NCBI GenBank assembly: GCA_044892525.1
Contig: CM097885.1
Span: 29,576,001-29,640,000, forward strand
Direction: 5' to 3'
DNA length: 64,000 nt
From: Schmidtea polychroa
Taxonomy: Eukaryota
Shown here: positions 36,738 through 48,190 of the stretch, in pieces
Numbering within the stretch: position 1 is the stretch's first letter
Layout of the letters: every line of letters begins with the position of its first letter
The notes under the pieces: model-generated
Told to the model about the DNA's origin: nothing
Databases searched by the model: none
Seen by the model: the letters and a program-made list of their open reading frames with translations, nothing else
Program-made: the position numbers and the translations under genes

Positions 36738-36836
36738 TTCAAATATTTTATAAATGTGTATTTGTTTATATTCGATGATTTAATGAACTCGTGCTCAATT
36801 TGTATATAAAGACTAATTTTCATAAATGATTTAATA

Positions 36837-37274
36837 ATGTTAGCAAATATAAATTATCGAGGAAATTTTGATGTATCGAATATGAGGTTCCCACCAGGGA
36901 AACCCCAGCAAATTATCGATAGAAGTGGGAAATATCCGATAATATTTTTCAAGACTGGTAAATGCAGAATCATGGGATGTAAGAAACCTTTGGATATTAA
37001 TAAATTACAATATCGAATAAATAATATTAAAATCCAATCAATTACCGTTACTATGGATATGGGACATAGTATCAATCTATATAACATGTCGAAAAAATGT
37101 GATTGTATGTTTGAACCGGAATTGTTTCCGGCACTAAGACTATTAAAATATAACCCTATATGTGTCAACGTGTTTCCTAGTGGAAAGGTTGTCATGTTGG
37201 GGTTGAGAAATTTGGAGTATAGAGAATTTGTTGACAATGTTCGAAATGAGATAATTTCATTGGTCGATTTCTAA
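36837..37274 (+). CDS. Mirror copy, TBP-like protein
   Basis: Identical translation to 30628-31065. Confidence 0.85.
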   Translation: MLANINYRGNFDVSNMRFPPGKPQQIIDRSGKYPIIFFKTGKCRIMGCKKPLDINKLQYRINNIKIQSITVTMDMGHSINLYNMSKKCDCMFEPELFPALRLLKYNPICVNVFPSGKVVMLGLRNLEYREFVDNVRNEIISLVDF

Positions 37275-37347
37275 TTGGTTAATTTCTAATTGGTTATTGA
37301 TTGATTTAAACAAACGGTTTTTGTTTAGAATTCATTTTTTCAACACT

Positions 37348-37761
37348 ATGTACAAATTACCAAGCTCTGCAACCCTCATGAAAGATATCGACGATTCCGG
37401 TAAATTTAAAATTTTTTTTTCACATTATTTACTATTTATTATTTTAGAGAAATATTTAGAAGTTATGATAAAAAGGATAAAATATTATTATCCTCAAATT
37501 ATTGAAATTATCAAGGATCGCGAACCTGAGATCATTCCAGATCTGATATTCTATGCGACTCAAATTCGAATCATGGATGTATTTCACCAGTTTCTGTGGG
37601 ATATAAAGATTAACAGAACCATCAAACAAATGGAGCCAGAGTACCAGTGCATCATCGGATGCTCATGTTGCGCCGATCGATATCGGCGATATGTCGAATG
37701 GGAGTTAGTGAAAACTCTGAGAAGGTTTCACTACTCCAAGATTGTAGATTTGGGTTATTAA
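37348..37761 (+). CDS. Mirror copy, CxxxCxCC protein (intron 37400-37447)
   Basis: Identical translation to the left copy. Confidence 0.6.
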   Translation: MYKLPSSATLMKDIDDSGKFKIFFSHYLLFIILEKYLEVMIKRIKYYYPQIIEIIKDREPEIIPDLIFYATQIRIMDVFHQFLWDIKINRTIKQMEPEYQCIIGCSCCADRYRRYVEWELVKTLRRFHYSKIVDLGY

Positions 37762-38121
37762 TAAATGTATTTTTTATTGTGTTTTATCTTTTTTATTGTG
37801 TTTTATTGTGTTTTATATTTGAAATAATAATAGTAATAATAATAATAGTAATAATAATAATAATAGTAATAGAAATATGAATAGTAATAATAGTAAAAAC
37901 ATTAATAATAATGAAACATATTAATAATAAATCTGTACATATATCAAAACATGTAATAATTTAAACATTAATAATAAATCTGTAAATAGAACATGTGACA
38001 ATGCAACATCAATGCATTTTGAATGCAATTTAAACAAAGACATGCTATAATCTGATTGGTTGATAGGCATGAGTCAAAGGTATAAAAACCCTGTAACATT
38101 TAAATTTATTCATTATTCACG

Positions 38122-38532
38122 ATGACCAAGAAAATTTCAAGCACCGAAAAACCTAAAGAAATGGTACAACCAGTTCAAATGTTCCACAACTACAAAATGT
38201 ATTTTTTGAAAGAAGAAATCAATATGAAATTGGTTGCACCAGTCAAGCTAATTCCAACTAAATTTGAATTCTTATCCGGCACGCTTTCAATGATTGATGT
38301 CAAAACTATTGATGATGTTTTTAAACGGATAGATTCGAATCTATCGTGTAATCAACATGCATGGTTCAACAATAAATATGCAAGATTTTATGATTCCTTT
38401 GATGAAATCGCTTTCAAAGAAAATGAAAATTGGTATATAACAATTGCAATCCAGGGATATAAAGTTGATAATAATGATGTATATTCTCCTATTTGGAAAA
38501 TTATGTCTGCTAGACTTTCACAAATATTTTAA
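38122..38532 (+). CDS. Mirror copy, 136-aa unknown protein
   Basis: Identical translation to 29370-29780. Confidence 0.6.
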   Translation: MTKKISSTEKPKEMVQPVQMFHNYKMYFLKEEINMKLVAPVKLIPTKFEFLSGTLSMIDVKTIDDVFKRIDSNLSCNQHAWFNNKYARFYDSFDEIAFKENENWYITIAIQGYKVDNNDVYSPIWKIMSARLSQIF

Positions 38533-38660
38533 TGTTATATTTAATAAATGTATTAGTCAGATTTGTTTTTTTCTCTTTATTAATTGCAACATAAATGCAA
38601 ATGACATGCAAATTTAACAAAGAAAATCTATAAACAAACTTATAATTTAGTTTTAAAGTG

Positions 38661-39038
38661 ATGAAAATGACTGTAGAAAAAGGTTAACATGATTAATTAA
38701 TTAATTACCGAATTATTTATTATTTAGAATTTTTAATCAACTTTTTGTTGGAAAAGTTAGCAGAAATATCTGGTGTGAAAATGGAGGATATATTATCTAT
38801 TACAAATGCCTTAAATATCGGCTGGTTAGTTGAGAGTCAAGATACAGGATTTGATGATGAGGAAGAAACTCAAGAAATTGATGAGGAAGAAACTCAAGAG
38901 GAAATCTATGAACCTATAGAGGAACCTATAGAGGAACCTAAAGATGAATCTAAAGATAATATTACGAATGATTGTATTGATCATGTCGTTGAAAATATAA
39001 TGAAATTTGGAGATGACGACTGCGAATGTGTTAATTAA
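38661..39038 (+). CDS. Mirror copy, acidic protein (intron 38683-38727)
   Basis: Identical translation to the left copy. Confidence 0.6.
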
Positions 39039-39097
39039 TAAATCTTAGTTAATTAGTGTTTGTAAATTTATTTAAAAATCAAACAAAAATAACTATA

Positions 39098-39618
39098 TTA
39101 ATTTTTATTTAAAAATCTGGTTAAAATATACAAAATAGCAACACCTGTTGCAAGTTTTACATAGTTTTTAAATTTTCTTTTCTGATCGTCTATTTCTTTT
39201 GCATTTCTGGCGAGTTGATTGAGTACTCCCCATCCGCCATTGGCTTCAATCCATGGTTGAAACTTTGACTTGATTATCTAGAAAATAAATATTAATAAAA
39301 TATAAATTATAAAAGTATTACTTCTTGAGACCACTGATAATAGTGCTCTGAGTCCCATAGACTTCTTTGGATTATTATTTTCATATAAGCGAACCCTACT
39401 AGTATTCGGGTCCACTTCATCTGATCGTCGCATAGACAGTTAAAAATTCTATTAAAATAGAATTTTTTGGTTTCGAGACAATCAGAATTGATCACATCGT
39501 CATAATCAATGTGATTACCTTCTATAATCTTTTCGGTCTGATCGACCAGGAAACATAGGCTTTCCATAATATTCCTGTTGACGAGTTCTCTTAAAAGATT
39601 TTCCATAAATTGAGACAT
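39098..39618 (-). CDS. Mirror copy, Bcl-2 family protein (exons 39618-39322, 39277-39098)
   Basis: Same motifs. One substitution, DRTEK versus DQTEK. Confidence 0.85.
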
Positions 39619-39723
39619 TTTTACAATAATTTAAAATATGATGTTTTATTTATACTAATACCGGATGATTTTGATTGGTTGATAGACTATAAATGTAAAA
39701 GAAAGGTTTTGATTTGATACACC

Positions 39724-40224
39724 ATGAAAACTCTATTCATATTGCTAATTATTATAACGAGTGTGTGCTCACACAATACAACAATAACGGTGGAGTCTTT
39801 TAATAAATCAATATGTGTTTGTCCGAATACAGCCAAGTTGATGGATATTTTATATATTCTCGATAAACCAAAATGGTCAAAGCATCCAGGAAAAAGAATA
39901 TCTCAAAGATTGGAGAATTTAGAAAACAGTTATGAACTAACATTTGAATATATACAAAATATAAAAATTAAATTGATTGATCATATTGAGGTTTTCAATA
40001 ACTCTATTACTGAAAATAAAAAGAATATGAAGATTATTGATAAGAAGCATGATTATTTGTTAAAAAAGATTGAATTATTATTAAGAGAAATTCAAACAAT
40101 CAAAGGATCAATAGAATATCTGAAAATCAATTCAACGTTACCAATTTCTAACAATATTGCTGCGAATAGTAGTACATCAATATTTAGTTTACCTTTGTTA
40201 ATTTTACATTATTTTATTGTTTAA
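39724..40224 (+). CDS. Mirror copy, secreted / GPI-anchored protein
   Basis: Identical translation to 27677-28177. Confidence 0.7.
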   Translation: MKTLFILLIIITSVCSHNTTITVESFNKSICVCPNTAKLMDILYILDKPKWSKHPGKRISQRLENLENSYELTFEYIQNIKIKLIDHIEVFNNSITENKKNMKIIDKKHDYLLKKIELLLREIQTIKGSIEYLKINSTLPISNNIAANSSTSIFSLPLLILHYFIV

Positions 40225-40357
40225 ATAAATGTATGTTTTGTTGATTTGTTGATTTGTTGAGCGTGACCAGTACCCTTGTGAGCATTACCCATAGGGGGAC
40301 AAAATATTTTGTCGGATAGACTCAAAGTATATAGACTCGGTGTATATAGATTAATAC

Positions 40358-40522
<165 letters not shown>

Positions 40523-40677
40523 GATATATGGCTCATTCGAAAGGTCTTGGATTGAGCTTTAAAATGAGCTATCGATTATTAATTTTCGTTGGCGGGAACT
40601 TTGAAAAAATTAAAAATAAAATAATAATATTTTTAAAAATAATAATAAAAATAATAATATTTTTTAAAAATAATAAT

Positions 40678-41332
40678 ATGACCTTGATGAGTCATCGCGA
40701 TGACTCATATGACCTTGGGAATGACCTTGGATGAGTCATGTGACCTTGAAAATGACCTTGATGAGTCATAGGATGACTCAGATGACCCTGAAAATGACCT
40801 TGAAAATTTTGATGAGTCATCGGATGAGTCATATGACCTTGAGAATGACCTTGATGAGACATAGGATGAGTCATATGACCTTGAAAAAAATTTTCAAGGT
40901 CAAATGAGTCATACTGTGAGTCATATGACCTTGAAAATGACCTTGATGAGTCATATTATGAGTCATATGACCTTGAAAATGACCTTGATGAGTCATATTA
41001 TGAGTCATATGACCTCGAAAAAATTTTTCAGGGCCAAATGAGTCATACTATGAGTCATACGACCTTGAAAATGACCTTGATGAGTCATACTATGAGTCAT
41101 GGTCTTTGTTTCAATGGCCTTGATGAGTCATAGGATGAGTCATATGACCTTGAAAAATTTTTTTCAAGGGCATATGAGTCATATGACCTTGAAAATGACC
41201 TTGATGAGTCATCGGATGAGTCATGGTCTTTGTTTAAATGCCCTTGAAAAATTTTATGAGTCATAGGATGACTCATGGTCTTTGTTTCAATGACCTTGAT
41301 GAGTCATATGTCTTTGTTTAAATTTGACCTTG
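40678..41332. promoter_or_regulatory. Subterminal motif array (right arm, shorter)
   Basis: Reverse-complement array ATGAGTCAT / TGACCTTGA with fewer units than the left arm. Confidence 0.6.
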
Positions 41333-42259
41333 AAAAAAAAATGTACTTTTAGACTTAGAATATTTTTGAAAATCTTACCGACGGGGGGGGGGTACTGTGC
41401 TAGCGGTGCCCTGTGCCAGCGGTGCCCAATCCATCTACTATCATTATTTCCCCAATCATTTTACTCATTTAACAATTATTTTGGTTTTATTATTTGGTTA
41501 TCCTCAACAACCCTATATTGTAAAACTAATATTACTAAATGAATTTTAAAGTTATAATATTGCATATTAATGTTAAAGGTCAAATATCATATAAGGAATT
41601 AATTTATTCGTGCGTTACGTAATCTAATTCAATTACTTGGTGATTACGGAGGCTCTACAATTAAAATAATAGTACAGTTGTTATTCAAATATAAATTTTA
41701 AAATGACAACGCCAAAAATGTACTTACATCGATGACTCTAGGAGATTGAATAAAAAAACAAGAGATTCTCTACTAAATGCTAGGAAACTCTTGGATATGA
41801 AGACTAATAGATATTATGGCAAATGCACTAAAGAAACTTAAAATGAATACAATAAATTGATATTATATCCCCATACATATTGTTAATTCACACTTCCCAT
41901 CGACACTAACATGTTTAACACTTACAATTTCATTTTCTGAAGTGTTTTCAATAATGGAATGTAATGTATGACACCCAGTTTCATAGAATAACTTTACTTC
42001 TATTATCAAGAAAGTCAATAATTTGATATTATATAAAAACGTAACCTGAGTGTTGACACAGCACAGTAAAAATTCATTTTAACTTTTAATAGATGTAACA
42101 ATTACACAAAACATCTGGTTATTCTGCAAATTCCTTTCTGGACAATATCGTGAGACATGATTCGCTCAGCATCGATTCAATATTATCGGTTTATCTTTAT
42201 TATTTTGCTTACATTTTTTTCCAGGCTTAAATTTCGCGAGTTTTGGTGTTTCGGTGTCG

Positions 42260-42690
42260 TAAAGGAATAAATACACTTTTTGTAATTTCTTGTGTGGGTT
42301 CAGACACTCAGGCTCCTGATTTTCATTTTCTGAATCTTTTGGAAATAAACGGTTCATTATTTTTGTAGCAAATCCTTTAACTTTATGTTTAGTTGAATAT
42401 TCAAAAAATTTATTATTTTCAGGATACATGCCGTGGTGTAGAAATGATAGTAAAGTCATCAATTCTTTATTTCGCCGTTTTTCAATTCGAGATTTCAAAT
42501 TATTCAAGAATTCTGTCGCAAGCGGAGTTTTAATCAATTCTAATTCTTGAAATACATATAGTAATGTTCCGTCTCCAGTTAATAAATTAGAATTTTGTTT
42601 ACTCAATTCCAAAACAGCCATTTTTGCGGGTTCTAAAATTGAAACAATTTCTTTTATAAATTCAATATTATCATTATAGTAATGATATTA
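42260..42690 (-). pseudogene. hAT transposase internal fragment
   Basis: IEFIKEIVSILEPAKMAVLELSKQNSNLL..LKSRIEKR resembles the hAT LxPxxxAxxxLS region. Confidence 0.7.
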
Positions 42691-42703
42691 CATTAGAGGC
42701 CAA

Positions 42704-42946
42704 AGTAGTGGATATATGACCCACATGCACCCACCCCCTCTGATAAAGTGTCTTCCAATCTCTTATTTTATAGTAAAAAAACCTCAAATTTTTACACTTT
42801 TAACTCTTTTTTGACCTTTATTTTGAAAACAAATATCCTTATGTTTTCGGCTTTAAACCCTATAAACATAAAGAAAATAGGAAAAGAGATGGAAATTCAC
42901 AAACCCCAGTTAGGGTTGCGTGCATGTGGGTCATATATCCACTACT
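42704..42946. repeat. 243-bp unit with perfect 27-bp terminal inverted repeat starting AGTAGT
   Basis: 42704-42730 is the reverse complement of 42920-42946. No TSD seen. Confidence 0.8.
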
Positions 42947-43472
42947 TATAGCAAATCGCCAGGTTGGCAAAATGCTGACTAAAATCTTGATGTCTTGAAG
43001 AATAAAAAAAATGAAAAAGAATAAAACTGCTCTGAGAGGACAGTGGTATTTGTTTTTTTTTTTTTTTCACTGTCCTCTCAACAGTTTTTTTGATCCGGAT
43101 CATTTTTTTATTCAACCTCTTTCGTTTATCAAATCTCTTCTAATATACAAGCTGGCCAGACTCATACATCAGAATCAATTCGATCTCGAAAGTACAAATG
43201 AATTCGAAAGTGAATCCGAAAGAGGTCCGAAAACAACTGAGAAATAAATGTGCACATTATAGAATCGATCCGGGGGTGTTCGAAAGACTGGTGGCGATAA
43301 TTACCGGTTCGCCACCACACCCGTTTCAATATTTTTTTTTCATATTTATGTTTAAAAATTAATTAATTAATAAAAAAATAAAAAAAATAAAATAAATAAA
43401 ATAAAATATAAATCTAAGATACCCACACCATTTTCAATATTATTTTCAAATTTTTAATATTATTTTATGTTG

Positions 43473-43555
43473 AAAAAAAACTAACCTGAGATGTGATTTG
43501 AACCGCTATCTATTTGAACCACTGTGCCAGTCTAGCCCACTGCGCTACTAGACTT
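43473..43555 (-). ncRNA. tRNA-like Pol III unit, copy 1
   Basis: Minus strand: A box TAGCGCAGTGG, B-box-like GGTTCAAAT twice, then a T8 terminator. Confidence 0.5.
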
Positions 43556-43704
43556 TGGATTTTTGTCATTTTTTAAATTTTTAATTAATAAAAAAATAAA
43601 ATAAAATAAAATAAATAAAATAAAATATACAAGTACTTTATAAATATAAGATACCCACACTATTTTCAATATTATTTTCAAATTTTTAATATTATTTTAT
43701 GTTG

Positions 43705-43786
43705 AAAAAAAACTAACCTCAGATGTGATTTGAACCACTATCCATTTGAACCACTGTGCCAGTCTAGCCCACTGCGCTATCAGGTT
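43705..43786 (-). ncRNA. tRNA-like Pol III unit, copy 2
   Basis: AACCTGA-TAGCGCAGTGG..GGTTCAAATC..TGAGGTT-AG-T8. Acceptor-like stem. 232-bp repeat period with copy 1. Confidence 0.5.
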
Positions 43787-44033
43787 TCAAATTTTTGTCA
43801 TTTTTACAACTATAAATAATCGATTCAAGTTCTTTAACTCTTTCCCGTAATTGTTTCATTTTCTTTAACCTTCTCTCAGCAACTTCTACAGCTTTCATGT
43901 AAAAATGTCGATACTTTTCATTCTCTACCATCAACTCTTTGATATATTCTAATGGTTCTTCTTCTCTTCTTTTCATTCTCTTATGTTTAACTTCATTCAA
44001 TTCATTTCTCATTCTTTCAATTAAGTCAGTCAT
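43764..44033 (-). CDS. 89-aa coiled-coil protein of Polinton 2
   Basis: ATG ORF divergent from the capsid gene, charged heptad pattern. Confidence 0.55.
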   Translation of the reverse strand: MTDLIERMRNELNEVKHKRMKRREEEPLEYIKELMVENEKYRHFYMKAVEVAERRLKKMKQLRERVKELESIIYSCKNDKNLKPDSAVG

Positions 44034-44080
44034 TTTATAAATATTTTTTTTATTGGATATATTAATTTTAATATATAAAA

Positions 44081-44476
44081 ATGAATAATATAAATCTCAA
44101 AATTCAAGAAAAAAATAAATTAAATCTTGATTATAATAAAGAATTTACTCATGAAATTAAAAAAAATGATATTTTAAAAATCTCGCCAACTTCAGGATCT
44201 ATTGCAAACTTAAATCGTAGGGGTGATATAGTTTTTCAATCTCTTCAAACATCAAACCCAATAGATATTTGTAATGCCAAATTATATTATAAAATTGAAT
44301 TAGAAATTGAAGCAAACAAAGATATAACCCTAGAAAATAATTTCTTTCCAAATTTATTCTCCAACATGAGATTAAAACTAGGATCATCAGAAATTGAAAC
44401 TGTTTTACATCCAGGAGTATATTCTACAATGTTAAATTTTATTTTGACTGGTTGTGATTATAAAAACGAATATGGT
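44081..44476 (+). pseudogene. Polinton 2 major capsid protein, 5' part (interrupted)
   Basis: LNRRGDIVF, NNFFPNLFS..LKLGSSEIE..HPG..STML. Joins 60539 in frame once the insertion and one TSD are removed. Confidence 0.85.
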
Positions 44477-44614
44477 AGTAGGTAGATAGTGGCCTACGGG
44501 AACAATTACCCCCCCCCGGGGGGGGGGGGGGGGGGTTTGTTCCCAAATTTTTATTACGCAATTGTTCCCAACTCATTTTTTTGCTTTCAGGGATTTTTGG
44601 TCCAAATTTTTTTT

Positions 44615-45690
44615 TATCACACTATAGTGAGAGGGTCTTGATGGTCCTGGGAATTTCTATACAAAAATCCGACTATCAATAAAAAAGTCAAGGATTATTC
44701 ACACTATAGTGAGGGGGTCTCGATGGTCCTGGGATTTTCAATACAAATAAAATTTTTTCAATACAAAAATCCGACTACCACTAAAAAAGTCAAGGATTAT
44801 TCACACTATAGTGAGGAGGTCTCGATGGTCCTGGGATTTTCAATACAAAAAATTTTTTTCAATACAAAAATCCGACTACCACTAAAAAAGCCAAGGATTA
44901 TTCACACTATAGTGAGGGGGTCTTGATGGTCCTGGGATTTTCAATACAAATAAAATTTTTTCTATACAAAAATCCGACTACCACTAAAAAAGCCAAGGAT
45001 TTTTCAGACTATAGTGAGGTGAGTCTCCTTGGTCCTGAGAAATAGGTGGTCTACACTAAAAAAAAACGTGGTAATTTAAGGTCTCAGGATATTTTCAATA
45101 CAAAAATCCGACTACCACTAAAAAAGCCAAGGATTTTTCAGACTATAGTGAGGTGAGTCTCCTTGGTCCTGAGAAATAGGTGGTCTACACTAAAAAAACG
45201 TGGTAATTTAAGGTCTCAGGATATTTTCAATACAAAAAGCTGGTCTACACTAAAAAAGCATGGTAATTTAAGGTCTCATGATATTTTCAATACAAAAATC
45301 CGACTATCAATAAAAAAGCATGGTAATTTAAGGTCTCAGGATATTTTCAATACAAAAACTGGTCTTCACTAAAAAAGCATGGTAATTTAAGGTCTTAGGA
45401 TATTTTCAATACAAAAGCTGGTCTTCAATAAAAAAGCATGGTAATTTAAGGTCTCATGATATTTTCAATACAAAAATCCGACTATCAATAAAAAAGCATG
45501 GTAATTTAAGGTCTCATGATATTTTCAATACAAAAAGGCGGTCTCACTAAAAAAGCATGGTAATTTAAGGTCTCAGGATATTTTCAATACAAAAATCCGA
45601 CTATCAATAAAAAAGCATGGATTTTTCGAATTAAATTAAGGTGGGTCTCCTTGGTCCTGAGAAATATGTGGTCTACACTAAAAAACGTGG
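44615..45690. repeat. Subterminal modular repeats (CACTATAGTG, TACAAAAATCCGACTA, GGTAATTTAAGGTCTCA); mirror 59320-60395
   Basis: Direct reading. Confidence 0.9.
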
Positions 45691-45699
45691 TAAATTTTT

Positions 45700-46400
45700 T
45701 AAAATTAAAGTAAATTATGGTTCTAAAAATTGAATTACAGTAAATTATGGACTAAGATTTTTAAATTACAGTAAATTATGGTCCAAATTTTTCAATTAAA
45801 GTAAATTATGGTTCAAATTTTTCAAATAAGGTAATTATGGTCCTAAAAAATTAAATTACAGTAAATTATGGTTCTAAAAAATTATATTACAGTAAATTAT
45901 GGTCTAAAAAAAATTGAATTACAGTAAATTATGGACTAAGATTTTTAAATTACAGTAAATTATGGTCCAAATTTTTGAATTAAAGTAAATTATGGGCTTA
46001 GATTTTTCAATTAAAGTAATGAATGGGCTCAAATAACTAAATTAAGGTTCAAAATTTTAAATTAAAGTAAATAATGGTCCTAAAAAATTAAATTAAAGTT
46101 AATTATGGTCCTAAAAAATTAAATTAAGGTTCATATTTTCGAATTAAAGTAATTAATATGCTCAGATTTTTCAATTAAAGTAAATAATGGCTCAAATTTT
46201 TCAAATTACAGTAAATAATGGTTCTAAAAAATTAAATTAAAGTAAATTATGGTTCTAAAAATTAAATTAAAGTAAATTATGGTTCTAAAAAAATTAAATT
46301 ACAGTAAATTATGGTTCTAAAAAATTAAATTAAAGTAAATTATGGTCCAAATTTAAAAATTAAGTAATCAATGGTAAAAAAATTAAATTAAAGTAATAAT
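45700..46400. repeat. ~30-bp AATTA(C/A)AGTAAATTATGG repeats; mirror 58615-59310
   Basis: Direct reading. Confidence 0.9.
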
Positions 46401-46679
46401 ATTTAAATAAGTAATGTAATATGTAAATTAAAGTAAGATTTTTAAATTTATTAACAAAAAGTTGAAATAATAGAAGGTGTTTGAGAATTGAAATTTTTTT
46501 AATGAAAATTTTCAATGGTAATTTTTAATGGAAATTTTTATGGAATATTTTTTTAAGTAATTTTTAATGGAAATTTTTATGAAATATTTTTCAATGATAA
46601 TTTTAGATGGAAATTTTTAAGATAATTTTTAATGAAAATTTTAATGAAATATTTTTCAAAGACAAATTTTATTAATAAT

Positions 46680-47800
46680 TCAACAACAAACTAACAACTT
46701 AGTACCAACAACCAGTAACTTACGAACATGTAGTTACAACCAGATACCTACAACTAGATACTAACAACTAGATACTAAGTACTAACAACCAACAACAACT
46801 AGGTACTAAGCATTATTAACCAACTACTAAGTACTAACAACCAACCACCTACCAAGTACTAACAACCAACTATCAACCAGATACCAAGTACCAACAATCA
46901 ACTAACAACACATAAAAATAATTGCAATTAAATACAAAATATTCTTCATCAAATACAATATCTTCTTATCAAAATCTAAAAAATCAACCAACTACTTACA
47001 ACCTACCAAGTACTTACAACCACCTACCTATTAACTAGTTACAACCAGCTAACAACCAGTTACCTGATACTAAGTACCTACAACCACCTACTAAGTACCA
47101 ACAACCAGCTAAAAACTAACAACTAGATACCAAGTACTCACAACCAACAACAACCAGGTACTAAGCATTATTAACCAACTACTAAGTACTAACAACCAAC
47201 CACCTACCAAGTACTAACAACCAACATCAACCAGGTACTAAGCATTAATTACCAACAACCACCTACCTATTAACTAGTTACAACCAGCTAACAACCAGTT
47301 ACCTGATACTAAGTACCTACAACCACCTACTAAGTACCAACAACCAGCAAAAAACTAACAACTAGATACCAAGTACTCACAACCAACAATAACCAGGTAC
47401 TAAGCATTATTAACCAACTACTAAGTACCTACAACCAACCACCTACCAAGTACTAACAACCAACTATCAACCAGATACCAAGTACCAACAACCAACCAAC
47501 TAGGTACTAGATACTAAGTACTAACTACCAGCTAACAACTAGCTACCAAGTACTAACAACCAACAACCAGCTAACAACTAACTACCAGATACCTACTACT
47601 TACAACCAACAACTAAGTACTAACAACCAGCTAACAACTAGATACCAGGTACTAAGCATTAATTACCTACAACTAGTTACTAACAACTAGATACCAAGTA
47701 CATACAACCAATAACTAAGCATTATCAACCAAGTACTAACAACTAGATAACAAGTACAAAGCACTGTCAACTAGATACCAAACACTTACAACCAGATGAC
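46680..47800. repeat. Strand-skewed A/C-rich repeats (AAGTACTAACAACC, AACTAGATACC); mirror 57215-58335
   Basis: Direct reading. Confidence 0.9.
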
Positions 47801-48130
47801 CACATGAAATTATTGGTTAAATATGAAAATAAGGGTTATAATTAGTTGTTAAGTAAATTATGGTGTAAAATTAAGAAATAAAGAGTAATTAGGTAAATTA
47901 AGGATAAGTAAATTAAAGTTAAAAATTTTAAATTAAAGAAAACAATGGTTCAAAATTTAAAATTAAGTATCCAATGGTTCAAATTTTAAATTAAAGCTAA
48001 AGTAAGATTTTTAAATTTATTATCAAAAGATTGAATAACCACCAACTTTTTTGAGAAATGTAATTTATAATGAAAATTTTAATGGAAATTTTAATGGAAT
48101 AATAATAATAATAATTATAATAATAATAAT

Positions 48131-48190
<60 letters not shown>

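Noticed and set aside
43011..43247. 78-aa ORF
   Set aside because: Crosses a poly-T hairpin loop and has no recognisable motif.
43473..43786. Bona fide tRNA genes
   Set aside because: D, anticodon and T stems do not pair properly. Kept only as tRNA-like units.
44615..46400. CRISPR-like appearance of repeat arrays (also 26345-27260)
   Set aside because: No unique spacers, no cas genes, eukaryotic context.
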